Shown piece after piece: positions 6,917-15,472 of a stretch of 20,388 nucleotides of DNA. How positions within the stretch are numbered: the first letter of the stretch is position 1; each line of letters starts with the position of its first letter. Where the stretch lies: assembly GCA_043819135.1 (NCBI GenBank), contig JBDRFG010000080.1:1-20388 (forward strand), given 5' to 3'. Below the pieces are notes generated by a model that saw only the letters and a list, made by a program, of their open reading frames with translations, searched no databases and was not told the DNA's origin. The translations under genes were made by a program, and so were the position numbers. This DNA comes from Candidatus Eiseniibacteriota bacterium (lineage in GTDB: Bacteria > Joyebacterota > Joyebacteria > Joyebacterales > Joyebacteraceae).

Positions 6917-9900
6917 ATGAGGAAGCCCGTTCTGTCGTCCACCACTCTACTTAGCGTGGTCGTTGCGCTGCTGGTGCTGGCAACGCCCCTTCTCGCGGCC
7001 GAGCGATACGAGCTCGTGCTTTCTAGTCGGAGCTACGTTCCGGCGGAGGTGAAGCTGGCGAGAGCCGAGGATTCCCATCTGGTCGTTCAATTCTACGACA
7101 TCCCAACCGAAGCGGAGCGCGAAGAGCTGGCCCGCATGGGCGTCACGCTACTCGACTACATCCCCAACTACGCGTGGACAGCGCACGTGAGGGGAGGGGC
7201 GGTGCAGTCGCTCGAGCCCGGAATGGTCAGAGCGCTGTTCGAACTGCGCCCCGAGGACAAGATGGCCAGAAGCGTTGAGGGACAGGAGATCGTACGGGCG
7301 TTCGTGTACGACGGGGTTGAGGGGGCGGAGGCGGTGCTCGACGCTTACGGTCAGGTTCTGGAGCAGGATAAGAACTCCTACACGCTGCTTCTCGAGGGCG
7401 ACGCCCGTGACCTGGCGGCCGAGGACATCGTCAAGTACGTGATGGGTCCGCGTCCCGAGAAGATAGAGAGCAACGACACTCTCCGCGACAACATCAACGC
7501 GGACGAGGTGCAGGCGACCCCCTACAACCTCACCGGCCTGGGGCTGTTCGCGGGCATCTGGGACGGTGGGGCGGCCGCAACGAACCACGACGACTACAGC
7601 AGCAGGTTGACCCTCGGTGACAGCGCGCCGACGGGCTCGCACGCCACCATGTGCACCGGCATCATGGCCGGCGACGGGACCAGGAGCGTCTCCCAGGGCG
7701 GGACGCCCTATCAGTGGCGCGGCGTGGCGACCGAGGTCGACATCGCTTCCTACGACTGGCCCTACAATGTCACGGACATGGACACCGAGAACGCGCACGC
7801 GATCTCGAACTACGACATCGTCGTGTCGTCCAACTCGTGGAGTTGGGGACTCTGCCCCGACTACTGCGCCTACTTTGCCGAGTACGACGACTGGAGCCAG
7901 AACTACGACAAGCTGGTCAGGGGCAGCCAGGGCAAGAAGCTGACCATCGTATTCGCGGCCGGCAACGATGGCGACTGCAGCGACTGCGCCAGCTACCTGC
8001 CGGACTTCCCTTACGGCACGATCCCCGGTCCGGGGTCCACCTCGAAGAACACCATCTGTGTGGGCAGTAACGACGCCGACGACGACGACCTCAGCTACTA
8101 CAGCAGCAGGGGGCCGACTCTCGACGGACGTCTCAAGCCGGACGTCGTCGCCCCGGGCTGCAAAAGCTACGCGGGCATCACGACCACCTACACCAACAAC
8201 AACTACTACAGCAACTCCTGCGGCACGTCGTTCTCCTGTCCGGCCGTTTCCGGCTGCGTCGTGCTGACCCAGGAAGACTACATCGACAAGTTCGGCGGCG
8301 AGGCGTGGCCCTCGACGGTCAAGGCGCTGCTGATCCAGGGCGCGGAGGACCAGGGCAACGTCGGACCGGACTTCGAGTTCGGTTACGGCCGCGTCAACGT
8401 CCAGAACACGGTCGACATCGTCCGGGCCGACAACGGGACGAGCGACCTCATCAGGGAAGACACTCTGTCGCCCGCCGAGATCTGGGAATACGACGTGGTC
8501 GTCACGCCAGGCGGGGACCTGAAGGTCACGCTGGTCTGGGACGACTTCGAGGGCGACTACGGGGCCGGCGGAACGATGCTCGTGAACGACCTGGACCTCG
8601 AGCTCGAGGCTCCGGGCGGGGGCATCTACTACCCGTGGGTCCTCAATCCCAGCAGTCCGAGCGCGAACGCCACCACCGGCGCCGATCATCTCAACAACGT
8701 CGAGCAGGCGGAGGTCGCCTCCGCGACGGCCGGCACGTGGACCATCCGAGTGACGTCCACGGTGATGCCGGAGGCCAATCAGGACTTCTCGGTGGTGACG
8801 AACTTCGCCGGCGGAGCCGTCGACCCGCCGCCCGCAGCGCCCACGGGTCTGAACGCCGTTCCGGGTTCCGGCGAGGGCGAGATAGATGTCAGCTGGAACG
8901 CCAACAGCGAACCCGATATGGACCACTACCGACTCGAGCGGGCCGACAACCCGAGCTTCATCGGGGCGACCTCGTTCACGACCGCGTCGACCTCCTACGC
9001 CGATTCCGGTCTGACGCCCGGCGACACCTACTACTACCGCGTGTTCGCGGTCGACGCAGGTTCGAACGAGAGCGACGCCAGTGCGACGGATTCGGCGGTG
9101 GCGACGGACCTGCCGCCTGCACCGCCTACGGGCCTCGTCGCCGTCCCGGGCCCCAGCGAGGGTGAGATCGTCGTCAGCTGGAACCCGAACTCGGAGCCAG
9201 ACTTCGATCGCTACCGTCTGCAGAGGTCGACGGCACCCGACTTCGAGCCGGGGTCGGAGCCGTTCGAGGGAGCCGTAGCCAGCTACACTGACACCGGGCT
9301 TGTACCCGGCGAGACCTACTACTACCGCGTGATAGCCATCGACCTCGGCGGGAACGAGAGCGGCCCGAGCAACGTCGGCTCTGCGGTGGCGACCGACCTT
9401 GCACCGGCTGCGCCGACTGGGCTTACGGCCGTAGAGGGCGTGAGCGAGGGCGACGTGGATGTTGGGTGGGATGCCAACCTTGAGCTTGACCTCGACCACT
9501 ACCGCCTCGAACGCGACACGACCGCCGTGTTCGGCGCGGGGACGGTCTCCGTCGACGTCGCCACCGAGGCCCACCTGGACTCCGGGCTGGGTGCGGGAAC
9601 CTACTACTACCGTGTGTTTGCCGTGGACATTGGAACGAACGAGAGCGTTCCGAGCGACACGGTGAGCATCACGCTCGAGCAGACCGGCATCGACGAGAAC
9701 CTCGTCGCCTCGGTCTCGCTCATTCGCCCGAACCCGTTCACGACGCAGACGGCCATACACTACACGGTGCCGTCTGGGGGTGCGCCTGTCATCCTGACGC
9801 TCTACGATATCAGGGGACGCCTGGTAACGACGCTGGTCGACAGGAACCAGGCCGGTGGCGCCTACGAGGCCGCCTGGGACGGTCGAGACAGCGCGGGCCG

Positions 9901-9982
9901 GACGGTGGCGTCGGGCGTCTACTTCGCCAGGATGTCGATCGGAGACTGGGGCGAAACGAAGAAGATAGCTTATGTGAGGTAG
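6917..9982 (+). CDS. Secreted S8 (subtilisin-like) serine peptidase with beta-barrel domain, three FN3 repeats and a C-terminal FlgD-Ig/T9SS-like domain, 1021 aa
   Basis: Signal peptide; triad GIWDGG / SHATMCTG / CGTSFSCP; oxyanion FAAGND; SSRGPTLDGRLKPDV; KP-43-like LKVTLVW..LVNDLDL..NNVEQ; CTD PNPF...LYDIRGRLV..L...WDGRD..G..VASGVYF; AAAGGAGG RBS. Confidence 0.93.
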   Translation: MRKPVLSSTTLLSVVVALLVLATPLLAAERYELVLSSRSYVPAEVKLARAEDSHLVVQFYDIPTEAEREELARMGVTLLDYIPNYAWTAHVRGGAVQSLEPGMVRALFELRPEDKMARSVEGQEIVRAFVYDGVEGAEAVLDAYGQVLEQDKNSYTLLLEGDARDLAAEDIVKYVMGPRPEKIESNDTLRDNINADEVQATPYNLTGLGLFAGIWDGGAAATNHDDYSSRLTLGDSAPTGSHATMCTGIMAGDGTRSVSQGGTPYQWRGVATEVDIASYDWPYNVTDMDTENAHAISNYDIVVSSNSWSWGLCPDYCAYFAEYDDWSQNYDKLVRGSQGKKLTIVFAAGNDGDCSDCASYLPDFPYGTIPGPGSTSKNTICVGSNDADDDDLSYYSSRGPTLDGRLKPDVVAPGCKSYAGITTTYTNNNYYSNSCGTSFSCPAVSGCVVLTQEDYIDKFGGEAWPSTVKALLIQGAEDQGNVGPDFEFGYGRVNVQNTVDIVRADNGTSDLIREDTLSPAEIWEYDVVVTPGGDLKVTLVWDDFEGDYGAGGTMLVNDLDLELEAPGGGIYYPWVLNPSSPSANATTGADHLNNVEQAEVASATAGTWTIRVTSTVMPEANQDFSVVTNFAGGAVDPPPAAPTGLNAVPGSGEGEIDVSWNANSEPDMDHYRLERADNPSFIGATSFTTASTSYADSGLTPGDTYYYRVFAVDAGSNESDASATDSAVATDLPPAPPTGLVAVPGPSEGEIVVSWNPNSEPDFDRYRLQRSTAPDFEPGSEPFEGAVASYTDTGLVPGETYYYRVIAIDLGGNESGPSNVGSAVATDLAPAAPTGLTAVEGVSEGDVDVGWDANLELDLDHYRLERDTTAVFGAGTVSVDVATEAHLDSGLGAGTYYYRVFAVDIGTNESVPSDTVSITLEQTGIDENLVASVSLIRPNPFTTQTAIHYTVPSGGAPVILTLYDIRGRLVTTLVDRNQAGGAYEAAWDGRDSAGRTVASGVYFARMSIGDWGETKKIAYVR
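8822..9680 (+). repeat. Three tandem FN3-like domain repeats within the peptidase (period 285-288 nt)
   Basis: D.(P/A)PA.PTGL.AV.G..EG.(I/V).V.W..N.E.D.D.YRL.R...YYYRV.A.D.G.NES repeated from 8822, 9107 and 9395. Confidence 0.9.
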
Positions 9983-10031
9983 GGGGACTCGGGGAGGGGC
10001 CGTGGCAACCTGCGCCCTCTGAGCCGAGCGC

Positions 10032-10067
10032 AAGGGGCCCGCTCTTCGGAGCGGGCCCCTTACTCTT
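10032..10067 (+). terminator. Intrinsic terminator after the S8 peptidase gene
   Basis: AAGGGGCCCGCTC-TTCG-GAGCGGGCCCCTT: 13-bp stem with a cUUCGg tetraloop, followed by ACTCTT. Confidence 0.85.
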
Positions 10068-10092
10068 GCCCCGGGCCTCCTCAGCTTGTCTC

Positions 10093-10122
10093 TTGAAAGC
10101 GCCTCCCATCATAGGCTATTCT
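10093..10122 (+). promoter_or_regulatory. Putative promoter of the molybdenum hydroxylase operon
   Basis: TTGAAA-N18-TATTCT between the terminator and the GTG at 10185. Confidence 0.5.
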
Positions 10123-10184
10123 GCAGTTTGAGGTGGACGCTCACCCAGGGCGTCCCGCACCGGTGCCAGCTTCAGGAGATTGCC

Positions 10185-11045
10185 GTGTTCGACCTGAAAT
10201 CCCTCAAGAGACCGACCACGCCCGAGGAGGCCGTCCGGGATCTGCGCGAGACGGATGGGACGGGTCTGTACCTGGCGGGCGGGACCATACTCGTGCCGAC
10301 CGCGTCGCCCAGTCTGGACTACCTTGTCGACCTCACCCGCGTCGGGCTGGACTATCTGCGCGTCGACGCTGGCCAGTCGGGCTCTGCCGGGACTCTCGTC
10401 GTGGGCGCCATGGCGCGAATGGCCGATCTCGTGGAAAGCGCCGAGCTGTCCGGTCCCGCGTGGAGCGCCATTCGCGAGGCCGCCCGCACCGTCGGCACAC
10501 ACACCGTGCGCAATCGCGCCACAGTCGGGGGCAATCTCTTCGCCGCCCACTTCCCGTCCGACCTGCCGACCGTCTTTCTTGCCCTCGGCGCGAGCATCAG
10601 GCTGCAGGGCGCAGACGGTCCTCGCGACGTCGACCTCGAAGACTTCTACGCGAGGCGCTCGGAGGTGTACCACAGGGGAGATCTGATCATCGAGGTGAAG
10701 GTGCCTGCCGGCGGTCAGGGTTGCGCTGCAGCGTTTGAGAAGACCGGTCGCACACGAGTTGACGTCGCGATCGTCAACTGCGCTGCGGCGGTCGCGGTCA
10801 GCGACGGCGTCATCGAGGAGGCCCGCGTCGCGCTGAACGGGATCTCAGCTGTCCCCTACGTCGCCACAGCCGCAGGGGCCTATCTCGCTGGGAAGCCTTG
10901 CTCCGAAGACGTGTTCCGGGAGGCGGGGCTCTTGGTCTCCGGAGGCGTCTCACCGCGCGACGACCACAGGGCGAGTGGCGAGTACCGCAGGAAGGCGGCC
11001 GGCGTTCTCGCGGCCCGCGCCCTCTCACGGGCGGCGGCGGCGTGA
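10185..11045 (+). CDS. Xanthine dehydrogenase/CoxM-family FAD-binding subunit (YgfM-like position), about 286 aa
   Basis: YLAGGT, VRNRATVGGN, SDL, DDHRASGEYR motifs; GTG at 10185 after the CAGGAG RBS. Confidence 0.9.
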   Translation: MFDLKSLKRPTTPEEAVRDLRETDGTGLYLAGGTILVPTASPSLDYLVDLTRVGLDYLRVDAGQSGSAGTLVVGAMARMADLVESAELSGPAWSAIREAARTVGTHTVRNRATVGGNLFAAHFPSDLPTVFLALGASIRLQGADGPRDVDLEDFYARRSEVYHRGDLIIEVKVPAGGQGCAAAFEKTGRTRVDVAIVNCAAAVAVSDGVIEEARVALNGISAVPYVATAAGAYLAGKPCSEDVFREAGLLVSGGVSPRDDHRASGEYRRKAAGVLAARALSRAAAA

Positions 11046-11071
11046 GCGGCCGACCCACATCCGAGGTGCAC

Positions 11072-13888
11072 ATGAGAGTAGCACTCACAGTCAACGGCGA
11101 CCGGTTCGAGGTGGACGTTCCCCCGGGCGAGGTCCTGCTGGATACGCTTCGAGGCCTTGGTTTTCGCGGCGTCAAGGACGGTTGCCGCGTCAGCGACTGC
11201 GGGTCGTGCACGGTCCTCCTGGACGGCAGACCCGTCGCCTCATGTTCCGTGCTGACCGGACAGGTCGAGGGATGCGACGTCACCACCATCGACGGGATCG
11301 GCGACCCCGCGTCCCCGCATCCGCTGCAGACCGAGTTCCTGAAACGCGGCGCCGCGCAGTGTGCCTACTGCATGCAGGGGATGATAGTTTCCGCCAAGGC
11401 GCTTCTCGATTCCGACCCGCACCCGCGGGAAGAGGCCATTCGTGAGGGCCTGAGCGGCAACCTCTGCCGCTGCACCGGTTACGTCAAGGCGGTCGAGGCC
11501 GTGAAGGCCGTGTCGGAAGGGACCACGGCTGACACCGGGCCCGCGCCCGGCGGGCAAGAGCGCTACGCCACGGTTGGCAGGAGCGTCGCCAAGACCGAGG
11601 GCATCGGTCTTCTCTCCGGCAGGGCCCGCTACACCGACGACTTCTCGCTCGCCGGGATGCTCTACGGTCGCATCAAACGCAGCCCCCACGCGCACGCACG
11701 CATCAAGAGCATCGACGCGTCGAAGGCGCTCGCTCTGCCGGGCGTCCACTGTGTTCTGACCCACGAGGATGTGCCGCGCGTGCCGTTCTCGACCGCAGGG
11801 CAGAACTGCCCGGAGCCCTCTCCGTACGACACGGTGACGCTCGACACCAAGGTCCGCTTCGTCGGTGACCGTGTTGCCGCCGTCGCCGCCGAGACACCCG
11901 TGCTTGCCGAGAGGGCGTGCGCTCTCATCGCTGTCGAATACGAGGTTCTGCCTTCCGTTCTCGAGCCCGAGCGCGCCATGGACGCGGGCGCGCCCGTCAT
12001 CCATGACGAGAACGACTCGTCGGGTATCGAAGATGCCACGAGAAACCTGGCGGCCCAGATAGACGTCGAGGTCGGGGACGTGGAGAAGGGTTTCTCAGCC
12101 GCCGCCCGCGTCTTCGAACACGAGTACCGCCTCCAGTACGTGCAGGGGACGCCCACCGAGGCGCACATCTCCCTGACCTACCTGGACGAGAAGGACCGGC
12201 TGGTCGTGGTCACGAGCACACAGGTGCCGTTCCACGTCAGGCGCATCGTCGCGCGCGTGAGCGGCCTTCCGATATCGCGCGTACGCGTGGTGAAGCCCAG
12301 AATAGGAGGGGCGTTCGGCGCGAAGCAGGAGGTCGTGCTCGAGGACATCTGCGCCGCCCTGACGCTCAGGACGCGCCGCCCGGTCAAGATCAAGCTGGAC
12401 CGCGACGAGGAGCTCTACGCCAGCCGCACAAGGCACCCGCAGGTAATTCGCTTGAAGACCGGTGTCGCGGACGACGGCAGGATCGTCGCGCGCCAGATGG
12501 ACGTGCTCTGCAACACCGGCGCCTACGGGGCGCACGCGCTGACGGTCCCGTCGAACACCGGCAGCAAGAGCCTGCCGCTCTATCGCTCCGACAGCCTGAA
12601 GTACAGGTGCGACTCCGTCTACACGAACCTGCCCATCGCGGGCGCGCTCAGAGGATACGGCGCTCCGCAGGGCTTCTTCGCCGTCGATTCGCAGATGGAC
12701 GAGATCGCCCACGCGCTCGGGCGCGACCCGGTCGAGTACCGCCTGGCGAACGCCATCCGCGAGGGAGACCGCGATCCGATCGCCGAGCACCTCGGCGAGG
12801 GGAAGGCGGGCTTCGAGCGCATCATCAGAACCAACGGGCTGGCGGAATGCTGGGACCGCGTTCGAGAGGCAACCGACTGGGATGTTTGGCACGCCTCACT
12901 GACCGAGGGGACCGCGGGCACGCCCGGCGGCAAGCCGTTCCACAGGCGCGGCATGGGCATGTCGCTCGCCATGCACGGCAGCGGCATCCCCGGAGACGAC
13001 ATGGGCGCCGCCACGATCAAGGCGAACGAGGACGGTTCCTTCCACCTCCTCGTCGGCGCCACCGACCTTGGGACGGGCAGCGATACCATTCTGGGTCAGA
13101 TCGCGGCCGAGGTTCTGGGGGTCCCGTTCGAGGCCGTGCACGTATACTCCTCCGACACCGACCGCACACCATTCGATGTCGGCGCTTACGCATCCAGCAC
13201 GACGTACGTCAGCGGCGGCGCAGTCATCAAGGCGGCGGAGAACGTCCGCGATCGGTTCTTGCACCACGCATCCATGATGCTGGACGAGGGGCCGGAGGGG
13301 CTGGTCTGCGCGGGCGGCCGGATCACGGCGCCGTCGGGTGGTAGCGTTCCTATCGAGGACGTGGCACACGCGGCGATGTACGGCGATGACAAAGAGCAGA
13401 TCTCCTGCTCGGCCTCGCACATGACGTTCGAGTGTCCGCCTCCCTTCGCCGCCGCGGTCGCGGACGTGGAGGTCGACGTCGGGACCGGTCGCGTCGACGT
13501 CAGAGATTTCGCCTGCGCCGTCGACTGCGGCTTTCCCATTAACCCCGCGCTCGCGGAGGGGCAGATACAGGGCGGCGTGGCCATGGGGCTCGGCTATGCG
13601 CTGTCGGAGGAGATGATCTTCGACTCTCGCGGGAAGATGCTGAACTCGAATCTCCTCGACTACAAGGTCTTCACCGCCGTCGACACTCCCGCCATCAAAG
13701 CGATCCTCGTGACGACCGACGAGCCGACGGGTCCGTTCGGCGCCAAGAGTGTCTCCGAAATACCCGTCGACGTAGTGGCGCCCGCCATCGCCAACGCCAT
13801 CTTCGCGGCGACCGGCGTCAGGCTGCGCGAGCTCCCGTTCACACCGGAACGGGTGCTGGCGGGGATCGAAGCGCTGGCAGGGAAGTGA
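11072..13888 (+). CDS. Molybdenum hydroxylase with fused 2x[2Fe-2S] and molybdopterin-binding domains (XdhD/YgfN-like), about 938 aa
   Basis: GCRVSDCGSCTV, QCAYC, GNLCRCTGY; RSPHAHA, STQVPF, GGAFGAK, LRGYGAPQ, DLGTG, AYASS, EGQIQGG, GAKSVSE; ATG at 11072 after GAGGTG. Confidence 0.92.
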   Translation: MRVALTVNGDRFEVDVPPGEVLLDTLRGLGFRGVKDGCRVSDCGSCTVLLDGRPVASCSVLTGQVEGCDVTTIDGIGDPASPHPLQTEFLKRGAAQCAYCMQGMIVSAKALLDSDPHPREEAIREGLSGNLCRCTGYVKAVEAVKAVSEGTTADTGPAPGGQERYATVGRSVAKTEGIGLLSGRARYTDDFSLAGMLYGRIKRSPHAHARIKSIDASKALALPGVHCVLTHEDVPRVPFSTAGQNCPEPSPYDTVTLDTKVRFVGDRVAAVAAETPVLAERACALIAVEYEVLPSVLEPERAMDAGAPVIHDENDSSGIEDATRNLAAQIDVEVGDVEKGFSAAARVFEHEYRLQYVQGTPTEAHISLTYLDEKDRLVVVTSTQVPFHVRRIVARVSGLPISRVRVVKPRIGGAFGAKQEVVLEDICAALTLRTRRPVKIKLDRDEELYASRTRHPQVIRLKTGVADDGRIVARQMDVLCNTGAYGAHALTVPSNTGSKSLPLYRSDSLKYRCDSVYTNLPIAGALRGYGAPQGFFAVDSQMDEIAHALGRDPVEYRLANAIREGDRDPIAEHLGEGKAGFERIIRTNGLAECWDRVREATDWDVWHASLTEGTAGTPGGKPFHRRGMGMSLAMHGSGIPGDDMGAATIKANEDGSFHLLVGATDLGTGSDTILGQIAAEVLGVPFEAVHVYSSDTDRTPFDVGAYASSTTYVSGGAVIKAAENVRDRFLHHASMMLDEGPEGLVCAGGRITAPSGGSVPIEDVAHAAMYGDDKEQISCSASHMTFECPPPFAAAVADVEVDVGTGRVDVRDFACAVDCGFPINPALAEGQIQGGVAMGLGYALSEEMIFDSRGKMLNSNLLDYKVFTAVDTPAIKAILVTTDEPTGPFGAKSVSEIPVDVVAPAIANAIFAATGVRLRELPFTPERVLAGIEALAGK

Positions 13889-13961
13889 CGGACCGCACGA
13901 ACTGACGGTCGGCGTGAAGTGACAGGCGGTGCGACCTGACGGCGGCGTGAAGTGACAGGCG
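13882..13961 (+). repeat. Intergenic direct repeat, two full copies plus one partial
   Basis: CTGACGG(T)CGGCGTGAAGTGACAGGCG at 13902-13928 and 13936-13961; core GAAGTGAC also at 13882-13889. Confidence 0.85.
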
Positions 13962-13977
13962 CATGGAGGTTCACACC

Positions 13978-15381
13978 TTGCTGCTTCTCAAAGGAATCTA
14001 TCACCTGGCCACGATGAACGACGCCGGCGACCGTCTCTCGGGCGTGGACATCCTGATTGACGGCAACAGGATCTCGTGCATCGAGCCCTCTATCGAGCCT
14101 CTGGCCGGAGTTCGAGTGATCGACTGCTCCTCGATGCTGGTCCTGCCCGGGTTCGTCAACCTGCACCACCACTTCTACCAGACGCTCCAGCGGAACGTCC
14201 CACCGGCGCAGAACCAGAAGCTGTTCGACTGGCTCACGACCCTCTACGATATCTGGGCCGGCCTTTCCGTTGACGCCGTCAGGGCCAGCACCAGGCTGGC
14301 CTGTGCGGAGCTTCTTCTGACCGGCTGCACCATGGCCAGCGACCAGATGTACATCTTCCCGAGCGGCGTCCACGAGGAACTCATCGACGTCGAGATCGAG
14401 GCCGCGCGGGAGCTGGGCATTCGTTTCCACCCGACGCGCGGCAGCATGTCCCGCGGACGGTCTCAGGGAGGGCTTCCGCCGGACTCCGTCGTCCAGAGCG
14501 AGGAGGACATCCTCAAGGATTCTGCCAGGCTGATCGACCACCACCACGATCCGGAGCCGTTCTCGATGACGCGTATAGCTCTGGCGCCCTGTTCACCCTT
14601 CTCGGTCACCGACCGTCTTATGTCGGAGACGGCCGAGTTCGCGAGGGACAGGGGAGTCCTTCTGCACACACATCTGGCCGAGACCGCTGACGAAACGCAG
14701 TACTGCATCGAAACCTACGGGAAGCGTCCTCTGGCCGTCATGGAGGACCTGGGTTGGGTGGGCCGGGACGTCTGGTTCGCTCACGGGGTCCACTTCGAAT
14801 CCGACGAGCTCGAGCTTCTTGCGTCGACGGGTACCGGCGTTGCGCACTGTCCCACGTCGAACATGCGCCTGTCTTCGGGAGTGGCAAACGTGCCGGAGAT
14901 GCTCGAAAAGGGCGTGCGCGTGGGGCTCGGAGTGGACGGCAGCGCGAGCAACGATACGTCGGACATGCTGGGAGAGCTGAGAAGCTGTCTCCTGGTTCAG
15001 TTGCTCACCTACGGACCCGATGCAATCTCTGCCGAGCGCGTGGTCCGGCTGGCCACGCGGGACGGGGCCGATGTTCTGGGACGAGACGAGATCGGTTCGA
15101 TCGAGGTGGGGAAGGCGGCGGACGTCATAGCCATCGACATGTCCCGTCTGGGCTACGCGGGCGCGTTCTCGGATCCACTGGCCGCCATCGTCTACGCTGG
15201 TCTTGATCATAGGGTCGACTACAACATCGTCAACGGAGAGGTGGTGGTCGAGCGAGGGAAACTGGTCAGGGGCGAGGAGGAGGAGATTGGCGTCACCGCC
15301 AACGAGGCGTCGGTGAGGATGCTCGAGCTTGCCGGCGTGGAGACGCCCTGGCCGATGGAGCCGCCTCGACACAGACGATGA
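13978..15381 (+). CDS. 8-oxoguanine deaminase-like amidohydrolase (AtzB/TrzA group), about 467 aa
   Basis: PGFVNLHHHFYQ, ALAPCSPF, HTHLAET, WFAHGVH, HCPTSNMRL, GVDGSASND, GKAAD; TTG at 13978 follows GGAGG at 13965-13969 (ORF track starts at 13963). Confidence 0.85.
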   Translation: MLLLKGIYHLATMNDAGDRLSGVDILIDGNRISCIEPSIEPLAGVRVIDCSSMLVLPGFVNLHHHFYQTLQRNVPPAQNQKLFDWLTTLYDIWAGLSVDAVRASTRLACAELLLTGCTMASDQMYIFPSGVHEELIDVEIEAARELGIRFHPTRGSMSRGRSQGGLPPDSVVQSEEDILKDSARLIDHHHDPEPFSMTRIALAPCSPFSVTDRLMSETAEFARDRGVLLHTHLAETADETQYCIETYGKRPLAVMEDLGWVGRDVWFAHGVHFESDELELLASTGTGVAHCPTSNMRLSSGVANVPEMLEKGVRVGLGVDGSASNDTSDMLGELRSCLLVQLLTYGPDAISAERVVRLATRDGADVLGRDEIGSIEVGKAADVIAIDMSRLGYAGAFSDPLAAIVYAGLDHRVDYNIVNGEVVVERGKLVRGEEEEIGVTANEASVRMLELAGVETPWPMEPPRHRR

Positions 15382-15411
15382 GAGATGTGAACATGCGGCG
15401 CAGGCAGCGGT

Positions 15412-15445
15412 ACAAGGAAGACGCCGGCGGATATCCGCCGGCGTC
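15412..15445 (-). terminator. Terminator hairpin between convergent genes, probably bidirectional
   Basis: Perfect 26-bp palindrome GACGCCGGCGGATATCCGCCGGCGTC (15420-15445), followed on the minus strand by TTCCTTGT. Confidence 0.75.
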
Positions 15446-15472
15446 CCGCTATTCCTCAGCTTCCGATCCCAT

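Noticed and set aside
9944..9979. DWGETKK near the S8 C-terminus as a second SWG-type tail
   Set aside because: It lies in the last strands of a normal FlgD/T9SS-like CTD (..TKKIAYVR) and lacks the hydrophobic-K-xx-aromatic pattern
7148..10033. 961-aa minus-strand ORF and other long antisense or alternative-frame ORFs (e.g. 2090-2956, 4560-5903, 5368-6579, 19369-20382)
   Set aside because: Shadow ORFs of GC3-rich real genes; R/V/G/A-rich with no recognisable motifs, and overlapping well-supported CDSs
10898..11071. N-terminal extensions given by the ORF track (3136, 10086, 10898, 13963, 18172)
   Set aside because: Family homology and RBS positions support later starts at 3307, 10185, 11072, 13978 and 18094
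13882..13961. Repeat as a mini CRISPR array
   Set aside because: Only two full copies separated by 7 nt, no spacer-length unique sequence and no cas genes
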